36,480 nt of DNA, from positions 1 to 36,480 of the IMG/VR virus record IMGVR_UViG_3300045591_000151. One strand, written 5' to 3'. Every line of letters begins with the position of its first letter. Position 1 is the stretch's first letter. A model generated the notes under the pieces. It searched no databases and had not been told where the DNA came from. It saw only the letters and a list, made by a program, of their open reading frames with translations. Below are positions 8,578-19,264 of the stretch, in pieces. Both the position numbers and the translations under genes were made by a program. The stretch comes from a virus.

Positions 8578-11279
8578 TTTTTGCCCACAATAGATTTAAT
8601 CTTATTATCCAGCTCTGTAGCTGCATTTATATCTGAATATACGACATAAGCCTTGAGAGGCATTTGCGCCAAAATTTGCCTCATCAAATCATTAAATTGT
8701 CCAATTACATTCATATCTCCAGATGAGATTGAAACATCGGCCACCTTGCCATCAGCAGTAACAGCACCGCCATCAGCATAACCGGCAACACCCGAATGAT
8801 AAGATCCGGATTTGCGTATTGATTCAAGTCTGGCAAATGTGACAGGATTGGCTCTGACCATTGCTGCTGGAGCAACCCACTCATTAGCATGCACAACGCC
8901 TACTTCCTGGAAATCATTTGTTGATGAAGTGGTATAGCCACCAGAGGCATAGCCAGTGCCAGTAGCAACCCTCTGCCCAACTGATTCAGATGAGCCAGAA
9001 TCAGATGTTCCTGTAGATGCTGACTGAGACATAATGGCATTGCGCTGAGCAATAATTGTGGCCACCTGAGCAGCAGTAGTGGCAGCCATGATAGCAGCAC
9101 CAGCTATGCCAGCTGGCCAGCCCAACTCAGCAAACGTCTTAACAATGGCCTGTGCGCCATTGGCAATTGTTTTCGCAATGTCAATAGCCATTTCAGCATT
9201 TGCATATTTCTTCCGAATCTTGAGTTTCTTGGCTTCATACTTAGCCTCAATCTTCTCTTTTTCTTCCGTATTATCGCCAACCGCAGCCAACTCTTTCTGC
9301 TCCTGAGCCTCCACCCTGGCAGTAGCAGCATCTTGCAGACTGGCCACCATTGTATCAAGTGCTTTGATATATCCCTGACTTTTTTCGATTCCATCAGCTA
9401 AAGTCTGGACATTGGTTTCACGGATTTTCTGGGCATATTCCTGCACTATCTCTGCTTTTCGAGCTTGATAGTCTTCTTCTGAGATAAGGCCCTTTTCATG
9501 CAGCTCATCCAAAGCATCAAGCTCATTCTGCTGCTGTTCCTCAAGTGCCTCAGCAGGATGGAGAGAGGCAACAATTTCGTGAGATTTATCTATCAAATCC
9601 GCGATATGCTCAGCATCTGCTTCAATTTCTTTATCTATCTCAGCAAAGCTCTTTTCAAGCTCATCATTCATAGATTTGACAGCCTCTGCAAGAACTGATG
9701 CAGCATCTTTCTCCAGATCATCTCTTGTTTTCCGAATCTTTTCCTGCTGCTTGATTGTAAGGTCAAGCAGCTGATTCTGATAGTCAATGGTGCTTTGTTT
9801 ATACTGATCCGAAATCTGAATCTTCCTCTGAAGGCTGGACTCCTGAAGCTTTTCAATTGTAGAGTTGTATTCCTCTTGGCTGATTTCGCCATTTGCGTAA
9901 GCCGTTTTAGCCTTGACCTGAAGCTGCTTGAAATAGTCATCTGCATTAGCAAGTGCCTCCTTATATGATGTAGCAGATGCCTGCTGATGCTCTTTCAGCA
10001 TATCCTGTTGAAGAGATGCAAGAGTAGTATTGGCTCTTGTAGTCTCTGAATAGAACTGAGCATCAGCATTCAGCATCTTCACCCTGGAATCGACATAGGC
10101 TTTTACCATATCATCATTGCTGAGATTGTACTTTGCAATAGTCTCAGACCATTTTTTTACATCATCGGTTGTATTTGCCTGAAGATCTTCAAGCTCTTTT
10201 TTCGCTGCATCAATCTGGCTGCTATACATGTTGCCTCCTGGCTTTGCCTGTTCAGCAGTCATTGTCTTTATATATCCGGTAAGCTGCTTGACTTTATCGG
10301 AATAGTCTGTAGCCTGCTGGATAAGCTTACGATTATTGTTGTAATCGGCAACGAAAGAGTCTAATTCCTGATCAGATAGGTGTGTCTGGCTCTGAAGCAG
10401 CTTCTTATTAGCATCCATTTCCTGAGTTGCAATCTTCTTTCTTTCATCAGCAAGCTCTTTCTCCTTTGCGATGACATTATTAGCAGCCTCAATTCGTTCC
10501 TCATCCGATTTGCTGGTGTCACGCATGATCTGCTTGTTTTTCTCGATCTCGACACCATATTCTGCTTCCTTGATGGACAATGAATTATTCATCTCGAATA
10601 TTTCATCAAGTATCGTTGCCACTTCTTTGCCGCTTTTATAAGCCTCATTCATATTATTGATGAGTTCTTTCCAGCCTTTTCCGGATGAAATTCCGGCAAT
10701 AAAGGATCCATAGGCATTCTTCCAGCCAGCAGTTTCGATACTCCATTTATCACCTATCAACTGAGTCTGTTTGATCATTGCCTCACCAAATTTCTTGATG
10801 CCTGCAATAGCCCCTGTGATAAGGCCAGCCCAACCTATTTTTGTGAAGAAGCCGCCAAGGGTCTTTTGGGCTGTCGATGCTTGAGAGTTCAGCTCATCCA
10901 TTCTCTTCCTGACCTTTTTAAGCTGGTCAGCAGCAGCAACGAACTCTTTAGTATTAGGAGAGAGCTTCCTGAGTTCAGCATTGAGCTTCCTAGCAGCAGA
11001 CTGCAACTGATTGATGCTAGCACCATTCAAGTTATTCATTGTGGCTTGGAACTTCTTCATGCTGGCATTGACTTCTTTCTGACTGTCAACCACTTTAACT
11101 AGCTGATTTTGCAGCTGCTTGAATTGCTTGCTCTGAAGATCCACCTTGCCACTTTTGTACATTTCCAGAAGTTCATTCCGGATCTCTTTTTCTTTATTCT
11201 TCAGCTCATCAAGATGCTGCATAGCATCCTGATTATTAAGGGTGATAACAGATTCAGTATATACAGTATTTTTTGCCAT
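8574..11279 (-). CDS. Tail tape measure protein.
   Basis: 901 aa with long K/E/Q-rich coiled-coil sequence. It also has Gly/Ala-rich hydrophobic segments (GWAGLITGAIAGIKKF, GWPAGIAGAAIMAATTAAQVATIIAQ). It is the largest alpha-helical ORF and sits upstream of the distal tail genes. Confidence 0.8.
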   Translation of the reverse strand: MAKNTVYTESVITLNNQDAMQHLDELKNKEKEIRNELLEMYKSGKVDLQSKQFKQLQNQLVKVVDSQKEVNASMKKFQATMNNLNGASINQLQSAARKLNAELRKLSPNTKEFVAAADQLKKVRKRMDELNSQASTAQKTLGGFFTKIGWAGLITGAIAGIKKFGEAMIKQTQLIGDKWSIETAGWKNAYGSFIAGISSGKGWKELINNMNEAYKSGKEVATILDEIFEMNNSLSIKEAEYGVEIEKNKQIMRDTSKSDEERIEAANNVIAKEKELADERKKIATQEMDANKKLLQSQTHLSDQELDSFVADYNNNRKLIQQATDYSDKVKQLTGYIKTMTAEQAKPGGNMYSSQIDAAKKELEDLQANTTDDVKKWSETIAKYNLSNDDMVKAYVDSRVKMLNADAQFYSETTRANTTLASLQQDMLKEHQQASATSYKEALANADDYFKQLQVKAKTAYANGEISQEEYNSTIEKLQESSLQRKIQISDQYKQSTIDYQNQLLDLTIKQQEKIRKTRDDLEKDAASVLAEAVKSMNDELEKSFAEIDKEIEADAEHIADLIDKSHEIVASLHPAEALEEQQQNELDALDELHEKGLISEEDYQARKAEIVQEYAQKIRETNVQTLADGIEKSQGYIKALDTMVASLQDAATARVEAQEQKELAAVGDNTEEKEKIEAKYEAKKLKIRKKYANAEMAIDIAKTIANGAQAIVKTFAELGWPAGIAGAAIMAATTAAQVATIIAQRNAIMSQSASTGTSDSGSSESVGQRVATGTGYASGGYTTSSTNDFQEVGVVHANEWVAPAAMVRANPVTFARLESIRKSGSYHSGVAGYADGGAVTADGKVADVSISSGDMNVIGQFNDLMRQILAQMPLKAYVVYSDINAATELDNKIKSIVGKK

Positions 11280-11280
11280 G

Positions 11281-11631
11281 TCAGATAGTTATATAATCGT
11301 TGAAAGCAGTAATTTCAGCTGCATTGTAACCATATTTAGTAGCCATAAGCACTCCAAGACGGTTGACTTCCCTTAGAAAAACGCCACTATACCACGGCTT
11401 CCTTTCCCTGAATCCACCAGCCCCCATATCGGCAAATCTACCATAATAGAGAAAAGCGAATGTAACCTTGCCTGGCTCTCCATTAGCATCAGCAATAACA
11501 GAAGCTTTGAATGAATTTAACAAGGCACCTGTGTCGATAACATCAAGAGCCTTGATCTTAGCCTGCCATCTCTCGATTACAATATCAGCCCATCGTACAG
11601 CTGTCTGGTATGATTTCCCAAGATTAGCCAT
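11281..11631 (-). CDS. Head-tail joining protein, HK97 gp10-like.
   Basis: 116 aa. The segment IDTGALLNSF resembles the DTG.L..S signature of the HK97 gp10 family. Position lies between the packaging/head-completion genes and the tape measure. Confidence 0.4.
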   Translation of the reverse strand: MANLGKSYQTAVRWADIVIERWQAKIKALDVIDTGALLNSFKASVIADANGEPGKVTFAFLYYGRFADMGAGGFRERKPWYSGVFLREVNRLGVLMATKYGYNAAEITAFNDYITI

Positions 11632-12076
11632 TTACAAGAGAGATATTTTCCTCAAAAGTGAGAACCACTTCATAGCCCCTTGCATCCTGGCCACCATACC
11701 TCTTCATATAGGTAATAGACCGCCAATTCCACCCAGCCAGCTGAGGATCGCCATTCTTTGCCGCTGCCAGGATCTTTACCAGTACCCTATGCATCAGCTT
11801 GAACATATCATCATAGAGGGCTGTTTCATCCTCATCACGGCCCAATCTGCCCATAACCCAGATGCTCTGCGAGAATCGGTCAACCGGCCCTTCTACCAGA
11901 TTAATTGTGCCTGTTCCTCTGCCTTCCAGGATGATTGCAGGAAAACTGACAGTCCTTAGATTAGTGAGCAAGGAAACAATAGAATCATAGCCGTAACCAT
12001 CAAGGAAATGGGAATCATCCTTTAGTTCAGCTATTGTCCCTTTCAAGAGTTCAATTATGTGATCTTTGCTTAGCAT
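11624..12076 (-). CDS. Hypothetical head-completion or neck protein. The start is trimmed to the internal ATG at 12076.
   Basis: The track ORF 11624..12235 overlaps the upstream gene by 185 nt. Met54 (MLSKDHIIELL...) reduces the overlap to 26 nt. Confidence 0.45.
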   Translation of the reverse strand: MLSKDHIIELLKGTIAELKDDSHFLDGYGYDSIVSLLTNLRTVSFPAIILEGRGTGTINLVEGPVDRFSQSIWVMGRLGRDEDETALYDDMFKLMHRVLVKILAAAKNGDPQLAGWNWRSITYMKRYGGQDARGYEVVLTFEENISLVNG

Positions 12077-12791
12077 CTCTATATCTATTTTCAAGTGCAA
12101 GAAGCACGGAATAAGTTTCAGAGGATAGGATCTGCTCATTCTCCTGTGGCTTGCCAGAATTAACCGATGCAAGCAATTCCTGAAGCAATTCAGCCTGACT
12201 GAGAGATGATCCGGAATCATCTTCCACCAAAACATTTGGAAAACGCTTCATCAAGTAATTGATAAGGCCATTCCACCAGATTACAATAGCTTTTCGCTGC
12301 CAGTCTTTCAGTTTCTTCACACGGCCATCGGTTAGCACACTTGCCGCATGATTGAGATCTGCATTAGATCGAGATGTCACCCATTTCTTGATATAGCTAT
12401 CTGCCTCGAAGAATTGGCCAAAAGAAACGCCATATAAACGTCTATTCACGCCAGCCAATGGGCATGGAGGCAACCCTATCTCATCGAGTATATATGCCAA
12501 TTGGTCACAAGCAGACTTGACAACTGCTGTTGACAGGAATATTTCTTTCCCATCGTGTATCGCAGGTAGAAGATTTCTTATCCCCTCAGCATCATATAGC
12601 TTCCCTGGCCACTTAAGTCTGGACAGTACGAAAAGACACATCAGCAGAGTAGTCTCTCTGTCACAATTAAGGCAGAGGATCTTGCACACATGCGCAAATT
12701 CATCTGGTGTCATGCCTTCCCAGCTGGTAGGAAATGTCAGATTCACATGCGGATGTCCTATTTTTTCTTCTTTATTCTTTCGGAAAATCAT
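12051..12791 (-). CDS. Hypothetical protein in the morphogenesis module.
   Basis: 246-aa ORF, tightly packed. No motif recognised. Confidence 0.45.
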   Translation of the reverse strand: MIFRKNKEEKIGHPHVNLTFPTSWEGMTPDEFAHVCKILCLNCDRETTLLMCLFVLSRLKWPGKLYDAEGIRNLLPAIHDGKEIFLSTAVVKSACDQLAYILDEIGLPPCPLAGVNRRLYGVSFGQFFEADSYIKKWVTSRSNADLNHAASVLTDGRVKKLKDWQRKAIVIWWNGLINYLMKRFPNVLVEDDSGSSLSQAELLQELLASVNSGKPQENEQILSSETYSVLLALENRYRDAKQRSHN

Positions 12792-12793
12792 AA

Positions 12794-13645
12794 TTACATC
12801 ATGAAATAGATTGGCCCTTGCTTATGGCCCAGGGTTAAATCAGTCTTATAGACATCGGAATTGGCATAGATGGTGAAATCTTTAATGTTCGCCTTCATGT
12901 AATTCTCGGCTTTTATCGCATTGTTGATCCCTGTTGCCTCATCCCCCAATGCAATAGCAGCGATGGCTATTTTAACCAGCTTCAAGAGATGCAGTTCTGA
13001 TGGAAGGAATGTCTCTTTATCTCTGACTTTCTCGATGATGGCCTCAGCATATTCCTTTGAGATATATTTCGCCACAATAGTCATCAATGCCACATTGAGA
13101 GCAGAATTAAGCTGAAGAAATTCGTTCCAGGTTTTAGGATAATTAGGTCTGGTGATATTATTCAAAACTGCTATATCCTTGAAGTCAGCGTATGTCATAA
13201 TAAGGCCATCTGAGAGCCTTCCAAATTGCTCTGTACCACGCCAATCATCATATAGTCCACTATCCATCAGATAGGTAATGAGTTTATCTTTGGAATCATC
13301 CAATTTCAGCTGCATTGAATTAGTCAGGCTCTGAACTCTTTCTTTTGATGCCATTGTCAGAGATTCATTATTGATGACAGCAAAGCCAGAATCTGTAAGA
13401 ATAAGATCGAGTTCAGGAATGGAAGTCAAGAATGCCTGTATAGCGATAGCCCTCTGAGATAACTTCAGAAGCCTGGAATCAGCCTCAGCACGGCCTTCCA
13501 GCTGCTCTTCCAGATCAGAGCCTAATATGGCTGCTGTTAGATCATCTTGAGCCACATCCAGCGCATCATTAAAGAGATCCGGTGATCCTTTCATCACCAT
13601 TGTCGGGATGAAAGGCTTCATTTCATCATAATTCTTAACAAGCAT
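12794..13645 (-). CDS. Hypothetical protein immediately downstream of the portal.
   Basis: 283-aa ORF, mostly helical in composition. Its start lies 2 nt after the portal stop. Confidence 0.45.
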   Translation of the reverse strand: MLVKNYDEMKPFIPTMVMKGSPDLFNDALDVAQDDLTAAILGSDLEEQLEGRAEADSRLLKLSQRAIAIQAFLTSIPELDLILTDSGFAVINNESLTMASKERVQSLTNSMQLKLDDSKDKLITYLMDSGLYDDWRGTEQFGRLSDGLIMTYADFKDIAVLNNITRPNYPKTWNEFLQLNSALNVALMTIVAKYISKEYAEAIIEKVRDKETFLPSELHLLKLVKIAIAAIALGDEATGINNAIKAENYMKANIKDFTIYANSDVYKTDLTLGHKQGPIYFMM

Positions 13646-13647
13646 AG

Positions 13648-14994
13648 CTATACATTTGTATTCGTTGATTCCTGTTTCCCTGACTTGTTCTGATCCAAGG
13701 TGGTAAAAATGTACTCAGGGATAGTTATCAATATGTCCTTATCCCATTTGTTATAGTCCTTTACCACTTTAAGGACTCTCATGCATCTGTCAACCACAGG
13801 CTTCATCAGAGCCTGTTTCATTAAGAAAAGCTCCCTGGCATTAGATCCCCCAATTGTATTGCTATTCTTACCAGGAGTCGCACCTATCAGAGCGGAATGA
13901 ACGCCCATAGCATAACAGATGATGTTAGCAGTTGACTCGGTGTCATCGATATATTCGTTGCCTGTCAAGTCACTCTTTACAGGTGTTATTTCTATCCACT
14001 TCTGCTCAGTGGTACCAGATGAAGTAGGCACCATCTTTTTAATTGCTAGCAATGCCTTATTAGCGTTAGCTGCTCCAGACAAAAATTCTGTGAATGCCTC
14101 TTTTTCCTTATCCACCCTCTCTTTATAGGCTTTTCTGTCATTAATATCAATCCCCTCCTTCTTGCAGATGTCTTCAAAATATTCGGGAGCGATATAAATT
14201 ATATACTTGACTCCAAGCTGATTCTGAAGTATTGCCCTCTTGAGTTTTGGTACCATACAGGCATGATCGTACCACCCAGAATGAAAGATAGAGTACCATT
14301 CTGGCCTGCTGTAATATGGCTTCCCAGGAGATGGCATATAAGCTGACCAAATTAGCCTATCCCTCTTGGCACTATGTATCTTAAGATCTGCCTGTGGATT
14401 GAACTCATCAATAACATAAGTCCTAATTACATCTGACTCTGTAGGATTATCATCCCAATCACCGCAATAGAAATGATGGTTAATGCTGCCTCGTTTATTC
14501 ATTTCTTCCCATCTGGAGAAAACAGCCTCTCGATGGGAGATTGTATCAATCGTATTGCCATCCTTGGAGTAATGCAGTTCAGCCCATGTGTTATAGAAAT
14601 AATTCATATCTGTCAGCTGCTGCATAATGAACATTGGAATGTCATTCTTTTCAAACCAATCATATTCAGGGCCATCTGTCAATTCCTCATAATCGGAGAT
14701 CTTGCCATTTTTGCGTGAAAGAACTCGAATTAACTTTGGGCCAAGGCCATAACAAGTCGAAATATTGAAATGAAGGTTTGCCCCTACAACATCATTATCA
14801 TAGACTTTGCGCATTAGGTGATTTGGCAGCAGATTATCTTCACCCCAAGGTACTATCTTGTTCTTGCCAATAAGGATAGCTTGAATGTCGTAATCTTCCC
14901 TAAATGGAGTCTGGCTATCATCAGCAAATAGCACAGAACTGATGTTAGGAAAATAGATCATGTTATCTTGGATTCCTACTGATTGATTACTCAT
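13648..14994 (-). CDS. Portal protein (putative).
   Basis: 448 aa, the first large gene after the terminase large subunit. The call rests on size and synteny, without a confirmed motif. Confidence 0.55.
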   Translation of the reverse strand: MSNQSVGIQDNMIYFPNISSVLFADDSQTPFREDYDIQAILIGKNKIVPWGEDNLLPNHLMRKVYDNDVVGANLHFNISTCYGLGPKLIRVLSRKNGKISDYEELTDGPEYDWFEKNDIPMFIMQQLTDMNYFYNTWAELHYSKDGNTIDTISHREAVFSRWEEMNKRGSINHHFYCGDWDDNPTESDVIRTYVIDEFNPQADLKIHSAKRDRLIWSAYMPSPGKPYYSRPEWYSIFHSGWYDHACMVPKLKRAILQNQLGVKYIIYIAPEYFEDICKKEGIDINDRKAYKERVDKEKEAFTEFLSGAANANKALLAIKKMVPTSSGTTEQKWIEITPVKSDLTGNEYIDDTESTANIICYAMGVHSALIGATPGKNSNTIGGSNARELFLMKQALMKPVVDRCMRVLKVVKDYNKWDKDILITIPEYIFTTLDQNKSGKQESTNTNV

Positions 14995-15215
14995 AATATC
15001 ACTTCCTCATCATTAATTTCTATTACGGTGTATCTATTGACCTTCCGGATCTCGCCAGAAGGCAGGATCTTTATGTTGAATGTCTCACCATTTCCATGGA
15101 AAGAGGTGCATACAGCCTTTTCAACATTGATAATCTCACCTGAAGCGGCTATCCACTTTAATGAGATAACCTTTCGCAGCCTGGCTATTTCGTTAATCTT
15201 ATTAACACTAATCAT
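14991..15215 (-). CDS. Hypothetical small protein.
   Basis: 74-aa ORF that overlaps the portal start by 4 nt. Confidence 0.4.
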   Translation of the reverse strand: MISVNKINEIARLRKVISLKWIAASGEIINVEKAVCTSFHGNGETFNIKILPSGEIRKVNRYTVIEINDEEVIL

Positions 15216-15449
15216 GATTGTCAGTTATTTGAGGCAAAAATAAAGCATGAGTATGCCTCCATTTAGGACAAAAGGGCATAACTATATTCAAATTGAATGG
15301 GAGTGCAATTTATTGTGGCTCAATTTGAGGTATGAGGCAAAATCATGGGAAAAGGAAGCAATTTTCATTCGTGGTCCCGAGCCTTGCCCTCTCCATCGGC
15401 TTGCAATTGCTTTTCGGATTTTGCGTAATATGCTTTGACCTAATGACCA

Positions 15450-17081
15450 TCAGAGAGCAGATCCTATCCCCTCTCCAGCTGCATAGTAAGGATATAGAGA
15501 GCAGCCTATGTACAAAGTATCAAACGCATCTGTTCCATCCGTTCGATATTCAAGAGGATCATCCTCTGTTTCAGCCAGCTTTTCTCCACCCTTATTCTTA
15601 TGAAAACCTAGAGGATCAATCTTCACCTCTGCCAGCGAAATAGCTACCAATAGTGCTTCATTATTTTCTCGATTGAACATAGGCATAAGATGCTTGGCTC
15701 CTTTGAAGCCATCATTAATCAAGCTGTATTTCTGATTGTGCTTCATTGGCTTTCCGATAAAGACCTGATGAACAATCCAACCATGAGACTTGAACTGTTC
15801 TGAAATAATAGACCGAAAGTCATCATTGCTGACAGCATAGTTGGAACCTAATGCTGTGCTATCATAATAGAATACAACTTCCTTGCAGAGCTGAGATCTA
15901 TAATAATTGCAGAAGTCATCCACTAATTCCCTGAGCTTACGTTGATATTTAACATAGAAGCTTTTGAGGATCTTGAGAGATCCACCATCGACCTGGCCAG
16001 CAACTAACCAGTTAATGTTAGCATTGAAATCAAATGCTATGCAGATAGGAGATTTGAGTGACAAATCGGCATCAAGCATGCAGCCATAATCTTTCTTAGG
16101 ATCTATTGAATATCCTTCAGATTCCAGGATTGAATTGTTATTTGCAATATAGGTATGCAGCTTATCCTTGAAATTAGGGTAAAATCCATCAGACAGTCTC
16201 TCTACCCTTCTGCAAAGGATAGAAGTCTGAAATACAAGAGGTGGCAGATCTCTTTTCATCTGCCTGATATAGTTGATTCCTACAACAGCAATATTCTCAA
16301 ATGTACTCCATTCATGGTAGGCTACAGCAACTTTGCGCAATTCAGAAATAAGATGATCGACATTCGCAATAGCTTTCTTCTGTGCCTCGCATGGTGGCAT
16401 CTTATTAAGCTGCCATCGCTTATAGAGCAGGCCCTGGATTGCTTCTATTACATCCGGTGTGGCTTTCTCTCTGTAATTAAGCAGCCACCGGCCAGATTTA
16501 AGCACAGGCATATCGCTAACGAAGAGCATTGAATGATGCCAAGGGCAATCATTAAAGTACCTCATAGTACCGCCATTGGCCGGAAAAGTCTCATCCTTCA
16601 GCTTATCATAGTTGAGTCCCTTTGCTTCATCGCCAACTATCCAATCGAATGTCACAGAATTGGAACTCATCTTGACATCCTGGCTAACAATTAACATTAT
16701 TGCGCCATTATAGAAGCTTACTACATTATCATAATCGCTGACTGGTACAAGTGGCTTTCTGAAGCCCAGCTTTTCCGGTGGCTTCTTCCCAATGATGTAG
16801 TGAATGCCTTCGATGAATCCAGCTTCTTTAAGGCCAGAGAGAGCAGCTGGCAAAGTCCTGGTATGTGCCTGTTTGAAAGAGGAACAGATAAAGCCACCAG
16901 TTCCACCAGGCATGAACTGGACATTACGCTTGATTCGCCTGGAAACAATTCCAAAAGATTTACCAAAACGCCTTCCACATATATCTATCTCTGTATTTGC
17001 ACCAATAGCCAAAGCCTCCTGTTGCGCCTTATTAAGATAAGATACCTTAGTATTCTCATTGCTCTCCATTATCTTGCTCAT
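15450..17081 (-). CDS. terL: Terminase large subunit.
   Basis: 543 aa with a Walker A-like CGRRFGKSFG and a Walker B-like DWIVGDEAKG. A C-terminal region of about 200 aa is consistent with the nuclease domain. Confidence 0.8.
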   Translation of the reverse strand: MSKIMESNENTKVSYLNKAQQEALAIGANTEIDICGRRFGKSFGIVSRRIKRNVQFMPGGTGGFICSSFKQAHTRTLPAALSGLKEAGFIEGIHYIIGKKPPEKLGFRKPLVPVSDYDNVVSFYNGAIMLIVSQDVKMSSNSVTFDWIVGDEAKGLNYDKLKDETFPANGGTMRYFNDCPWHHSMLFVSDMPVLKSGRWLLNYREKATPDVIEAIQGLLYKRWQLNKMPPCEAQKKAIANVDHLISELRKVAVAYHEWSTFENIAVVGINYIRQMKRDLPPLVFQTSILCRRVERLSDGFYPNFKDKLHTYIANNNSILESEGYSIDPKKDYGCMLDADLSLKSPICIAFDFNANINWLVAGQVDGGSLKILKSFYVKYQRKLRELVDDFCNYYRSQLCKEVVFYYDSTALGSNYAVSNDDFRSIISEQFKSHGWIVHQVFIGKPMKHNQKYSLINDGFKGAKHLMPMFNRENNEALLVAISLAEVKIDPLGFHKNKGGEKLAETEDDPLEYRTDGTDAFDTLYIGCSLYPYYAAGEGIGSAL

Positions 17082-17625
17082 CTATTCCATCTATATCATT
17101 ATTATATTTTCGTAAGAGTTTTCTGGCTTTTTCCTCGATATTCGGCACCTTCTTGATGCCAATCACAGTAGGATCTATTGTGAATGATTCGTCTTTAGGC
17201 ACAATGTCATCCCATGGCATCTGCTCTCCATCATCCTGGTCTAGATTATTAACCTTGACTAAAGAATCTGCAAGGCCTTTTAATGCTTTGGATTTGCGAT
17301 AATCACCTGCCATGGCTGCTGCCACGCCAAGTTCAATAAGATGATTAGCAGTAAACCTACGATAATTTTTTTCAGCCTGGGTAAGATTGCCGAATGTAGA
17401 ATTAAGCAGGGCAATATCGCTATAAGCCTGTTGAATTGATATGCCATACATGCTCATCAGATAATTTCGCAGCATCAGCACTGTAATCTGAGGATGAGCG
17501 AGCCTATAGGCATGAGCTGACTTCAAGCGATCAAGCCTGGCCTGATCTGCTACAGATAGGCTGTCTGTTTTCTTTTCTAGATAATCTTGAAGCCTGTCCA
17601 TTATGTCATTTGGATTCTTACTCAT
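17056..17625 (-). CDS. Putative terminase small subunit.
   Basis: 189-aa helical ORF immediately upstream of terL and overlapping it. Confidence 0.4.
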   Translation of the reverse strand: MSKNPNDIMDRLQDYLEKKTDSLSVADQARLDRLKSAHAYRLAHPQITVLMLRNYLMSMYGISIQQAYSDIALLNSTFGNLTQAEKNYRRFTANHLIELGVAAAMAGDYRKSKALKGLADSLVKVNNLDQDDGEQMPWDDIVPKDESFTIDPTVIGIKKVPNIEEKARKLLRKYNNDIDGIDEQDNGEQ

Positions 17626-17920
17626 GGCATCCTAATTCTTCCTCTCTTTGTTTGATATTCCACTTTTCGATGATAAAAGAAGCCCATTCCTCTCCATTTT
17701 CAGCGGCTTTCAAAACCGCTTCCCTATATGCTTGCTGGCTTTCAAGCTTGCCTCCCATATAGGCTGTATAAAATGGATCCGAATGATTCTGCATTCTCAG
17801 CATAACTTCATCCAGAGGCACATTGACCATTATGGCAATCTCAGTGAGAGTGTATCTTAATTTTGCGTACTCTCTCACCTTATTAATATCATCATCTGTC
17901 AATAACGTTATGTTACTCAT
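17618..17920 (-). CDS. Small HTH DNA-binding protein at the head of the packaging operon.
   Basis: 100 aa with an HTH-like segment YTLTEIAIMVNVPLDEVM. It is the first gene after a terminator hairpin. Confidence 0.45.
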   Translation of the reverse strand: MSNITLLTDDDINKVREYAKLRYTLTEIAIMVNVPLDEVMLRMQNHSDPFYTAYMGGKLESQQAYREAVLKAAENGEEWASFIIEKWNIKQREEELGCHE

Positions 17921-17930
17921 AATGACAAAA

Positions 17931-17952
17931 ATAGCCAGCTTTCGCTGGCTAT
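17931..17952 (-). terminator. Rho-independent terminator between the capsid module and the packaging module.
   Basis: Perfect 9-bp stem ATAGCCAGC/GCTGGCTAT with a 4-nt loop (GAAA on the - strand). On the - strand it is followed by TTTTTGTCATT. Confidence 0.65.
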
Positions 17953-17979
17953 CTCGGACAATATGGTAAAGCAGCCCAA

Positions 17980-18660
17980 TCAGAGCAACTTTTTAGCTTT
18001 AAGGTCAGCCATTGTCTTATCACTGATCACACAGCCATGCTGCTGTAAAAGCTTTACTCTTGCCTTCACTCCAGCCTTGGTTGCATCACTGACTTTGGCA
18101 GCCCTGAGAGCCCTGGATATATAGGATCTGCAAGTGGATTCCTTGAAATCAGACTTAGGATTCGCTTCAAGCCAGGCATCTATTCTTGCCCAGCCATCCT
18201 CAATCCTCTGCTGAGATTCAAGCAATTTAGCCCTAAATTTTGCTCTATCCTCATCTGTGCTGGCCATCTTCATTTTCTCATGGTAGCCACGCCTGATCGG
18301 GTACTCGGAAACAACAGCATCATAAATTCTCTGCATCTCAACTGATAGGTCAGACCTATTAGTGCGTCTTTCCCTGTCATCGTATGTTTTGAAGTTATGC
18401 TTGGCAGCCTTTATAGGTGCCTTATTCACTTCATGAGTGGTGGATTTTTCAACAGCCTTCTTGATGGTTGGAGCTGCTACAGAAACTGGTTCTGGCAACT
18501 GGCTGATCTTTCCCAAGTGATATAGCAGCAGGTTCATATCTCGCCTGATGCCTATATACCTAATGAGATTACGGTTCTTAGAATATTTGCGAAAAAGCTC
18601 ATAGCCGGAATCGAAATCCGGCTTTGAGCTTTTCAAGAAAGATATTATTTCAGAAATCAT
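17980..18660 (-). CDS. Hypothetical basic, helical protein.
   Basis: 226-aa ORF, K/R-rich, last gene before the terminator. Confidence 0.4.
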   Translation of the reverse strand: MISEIISFLKSSKPDFDSGYELFRKYSKNRNLIRYIGIRRDMNLLLYHLGKISQLPEPVSVAAPTIKKAVEKSTTHEVNKAPIKAAKHNFKTYDDRERRTNRSDLSVEMQRIYDAVVSEYPIRRGYHEKMKMASTDEDRAKFRAKLLESQQRIEDGWARIDAWLEANPKSDFKESTCRSYISRALRAAKVSDATKAGVKARVKLLQQHGCVISDKTMADLKAKKLL

Positions 18661-18671
18661 GCTATCATCTA

Positions 18672-19253
18672 TTATACCTTGGCTGTGAATGTGCCTGTAG
18701 AGAGATCCATCGTTCCATCGGCAAGAACAATCTTACCAGCATAGAGAGGCAATGGAGTAACATCAGGGCAATCAACTGTGAAAGTAAGGCCTTTAGCAGA
18801 TCCAGCAGATGTACCAGAATCACCAGCTGGCTGAGTAACGGATCTGTAGTCTTTGGATCCAATCACATGGTATCTGCCAGCAGCTTTAACTACATACACA
18901 TAGTCATCATTTGCAGCTGTCTTGGAGAAAGCAAGAGCTTCAGGAGTCAAGTCAGGGAATGAGATGGTCAGATGATTCGTAAACATCTTGCAATCTATTT
19001 CACCAGTTGATTCTGAAGTCAGCTGGCCTTTTCCCTGAGTCGAATATATCTTATCCCAAGCGGCACCATCAGCAAGCACGAAATCGCCATCATACTTAGA
19101 GAGTACACTAGCATCTGTGTCGATATTATCTGGATCATCGACAATCGTTGGCCAGCTAACAATGTCACGCTTTGCGATTCTGTAAATGGTTTCGCCAATC
19201 CCAGATGGATTGACGGAACCAATGTTAAAATCAAGATTTCCAAGTTTACTCAT
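18672..19253 (-). CDS. Virion structural protein, candidate tail tube or capsid accessory protein.
   Basis: 193-aa beta-rich ORF directly after the major capsid gene. No tube gene is evident next to the tape measure. Confidence 0.35.
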   Translation of the reverse strand: MSKLGNLDFNIGSVNPSGIGETIYRIAKRDIVSWPTIVDDPDNIDTDASVLSKYDGDFVLADGAAWDKIYSTQGKGQLTSESTGEIDCKMFTNHLTISFPDLTPEALAFSKTAANDDYVYVVKAAGRYHVIGSKDYRSVTQPAGDSGTSAGSAKGLTFTVDCPDVTPLPLYAGKIVLADGTMDLSTGTFTAKV

Positions 19254-19264
19254 AGCACCAATGA

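Noticed and set aside
8711-11102. Many 60-100-aa ORFs on both strands inside the tape measure gene.
   Set aside because: They arise from low-complexity, repetitive coiled-coil coding sequence, which produces open alternative frames. All are nested in the 901-aa ORF.
12077-12235. The N-terminal 53 codons of ORF 11624..12235.
   Set aside because: They would overlap the upstream gene by 185 nt, and the sequence (MFWWKMIPDHLSVRLNCFRNCLHR...) looks non-genic. The internal ATG at 12076 is preferred.
15216-15449. A 234-bp non-coding gap after terminase, as a possible tRNA or small RNA.
   Set aside because: I found no cloverleaf or T-loop-like GTTCRA motif and no convincing stem-loop. The track ORFs here (15247..15438 +, 15332..15643 +) look spurious. 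The gap stays unexplained.
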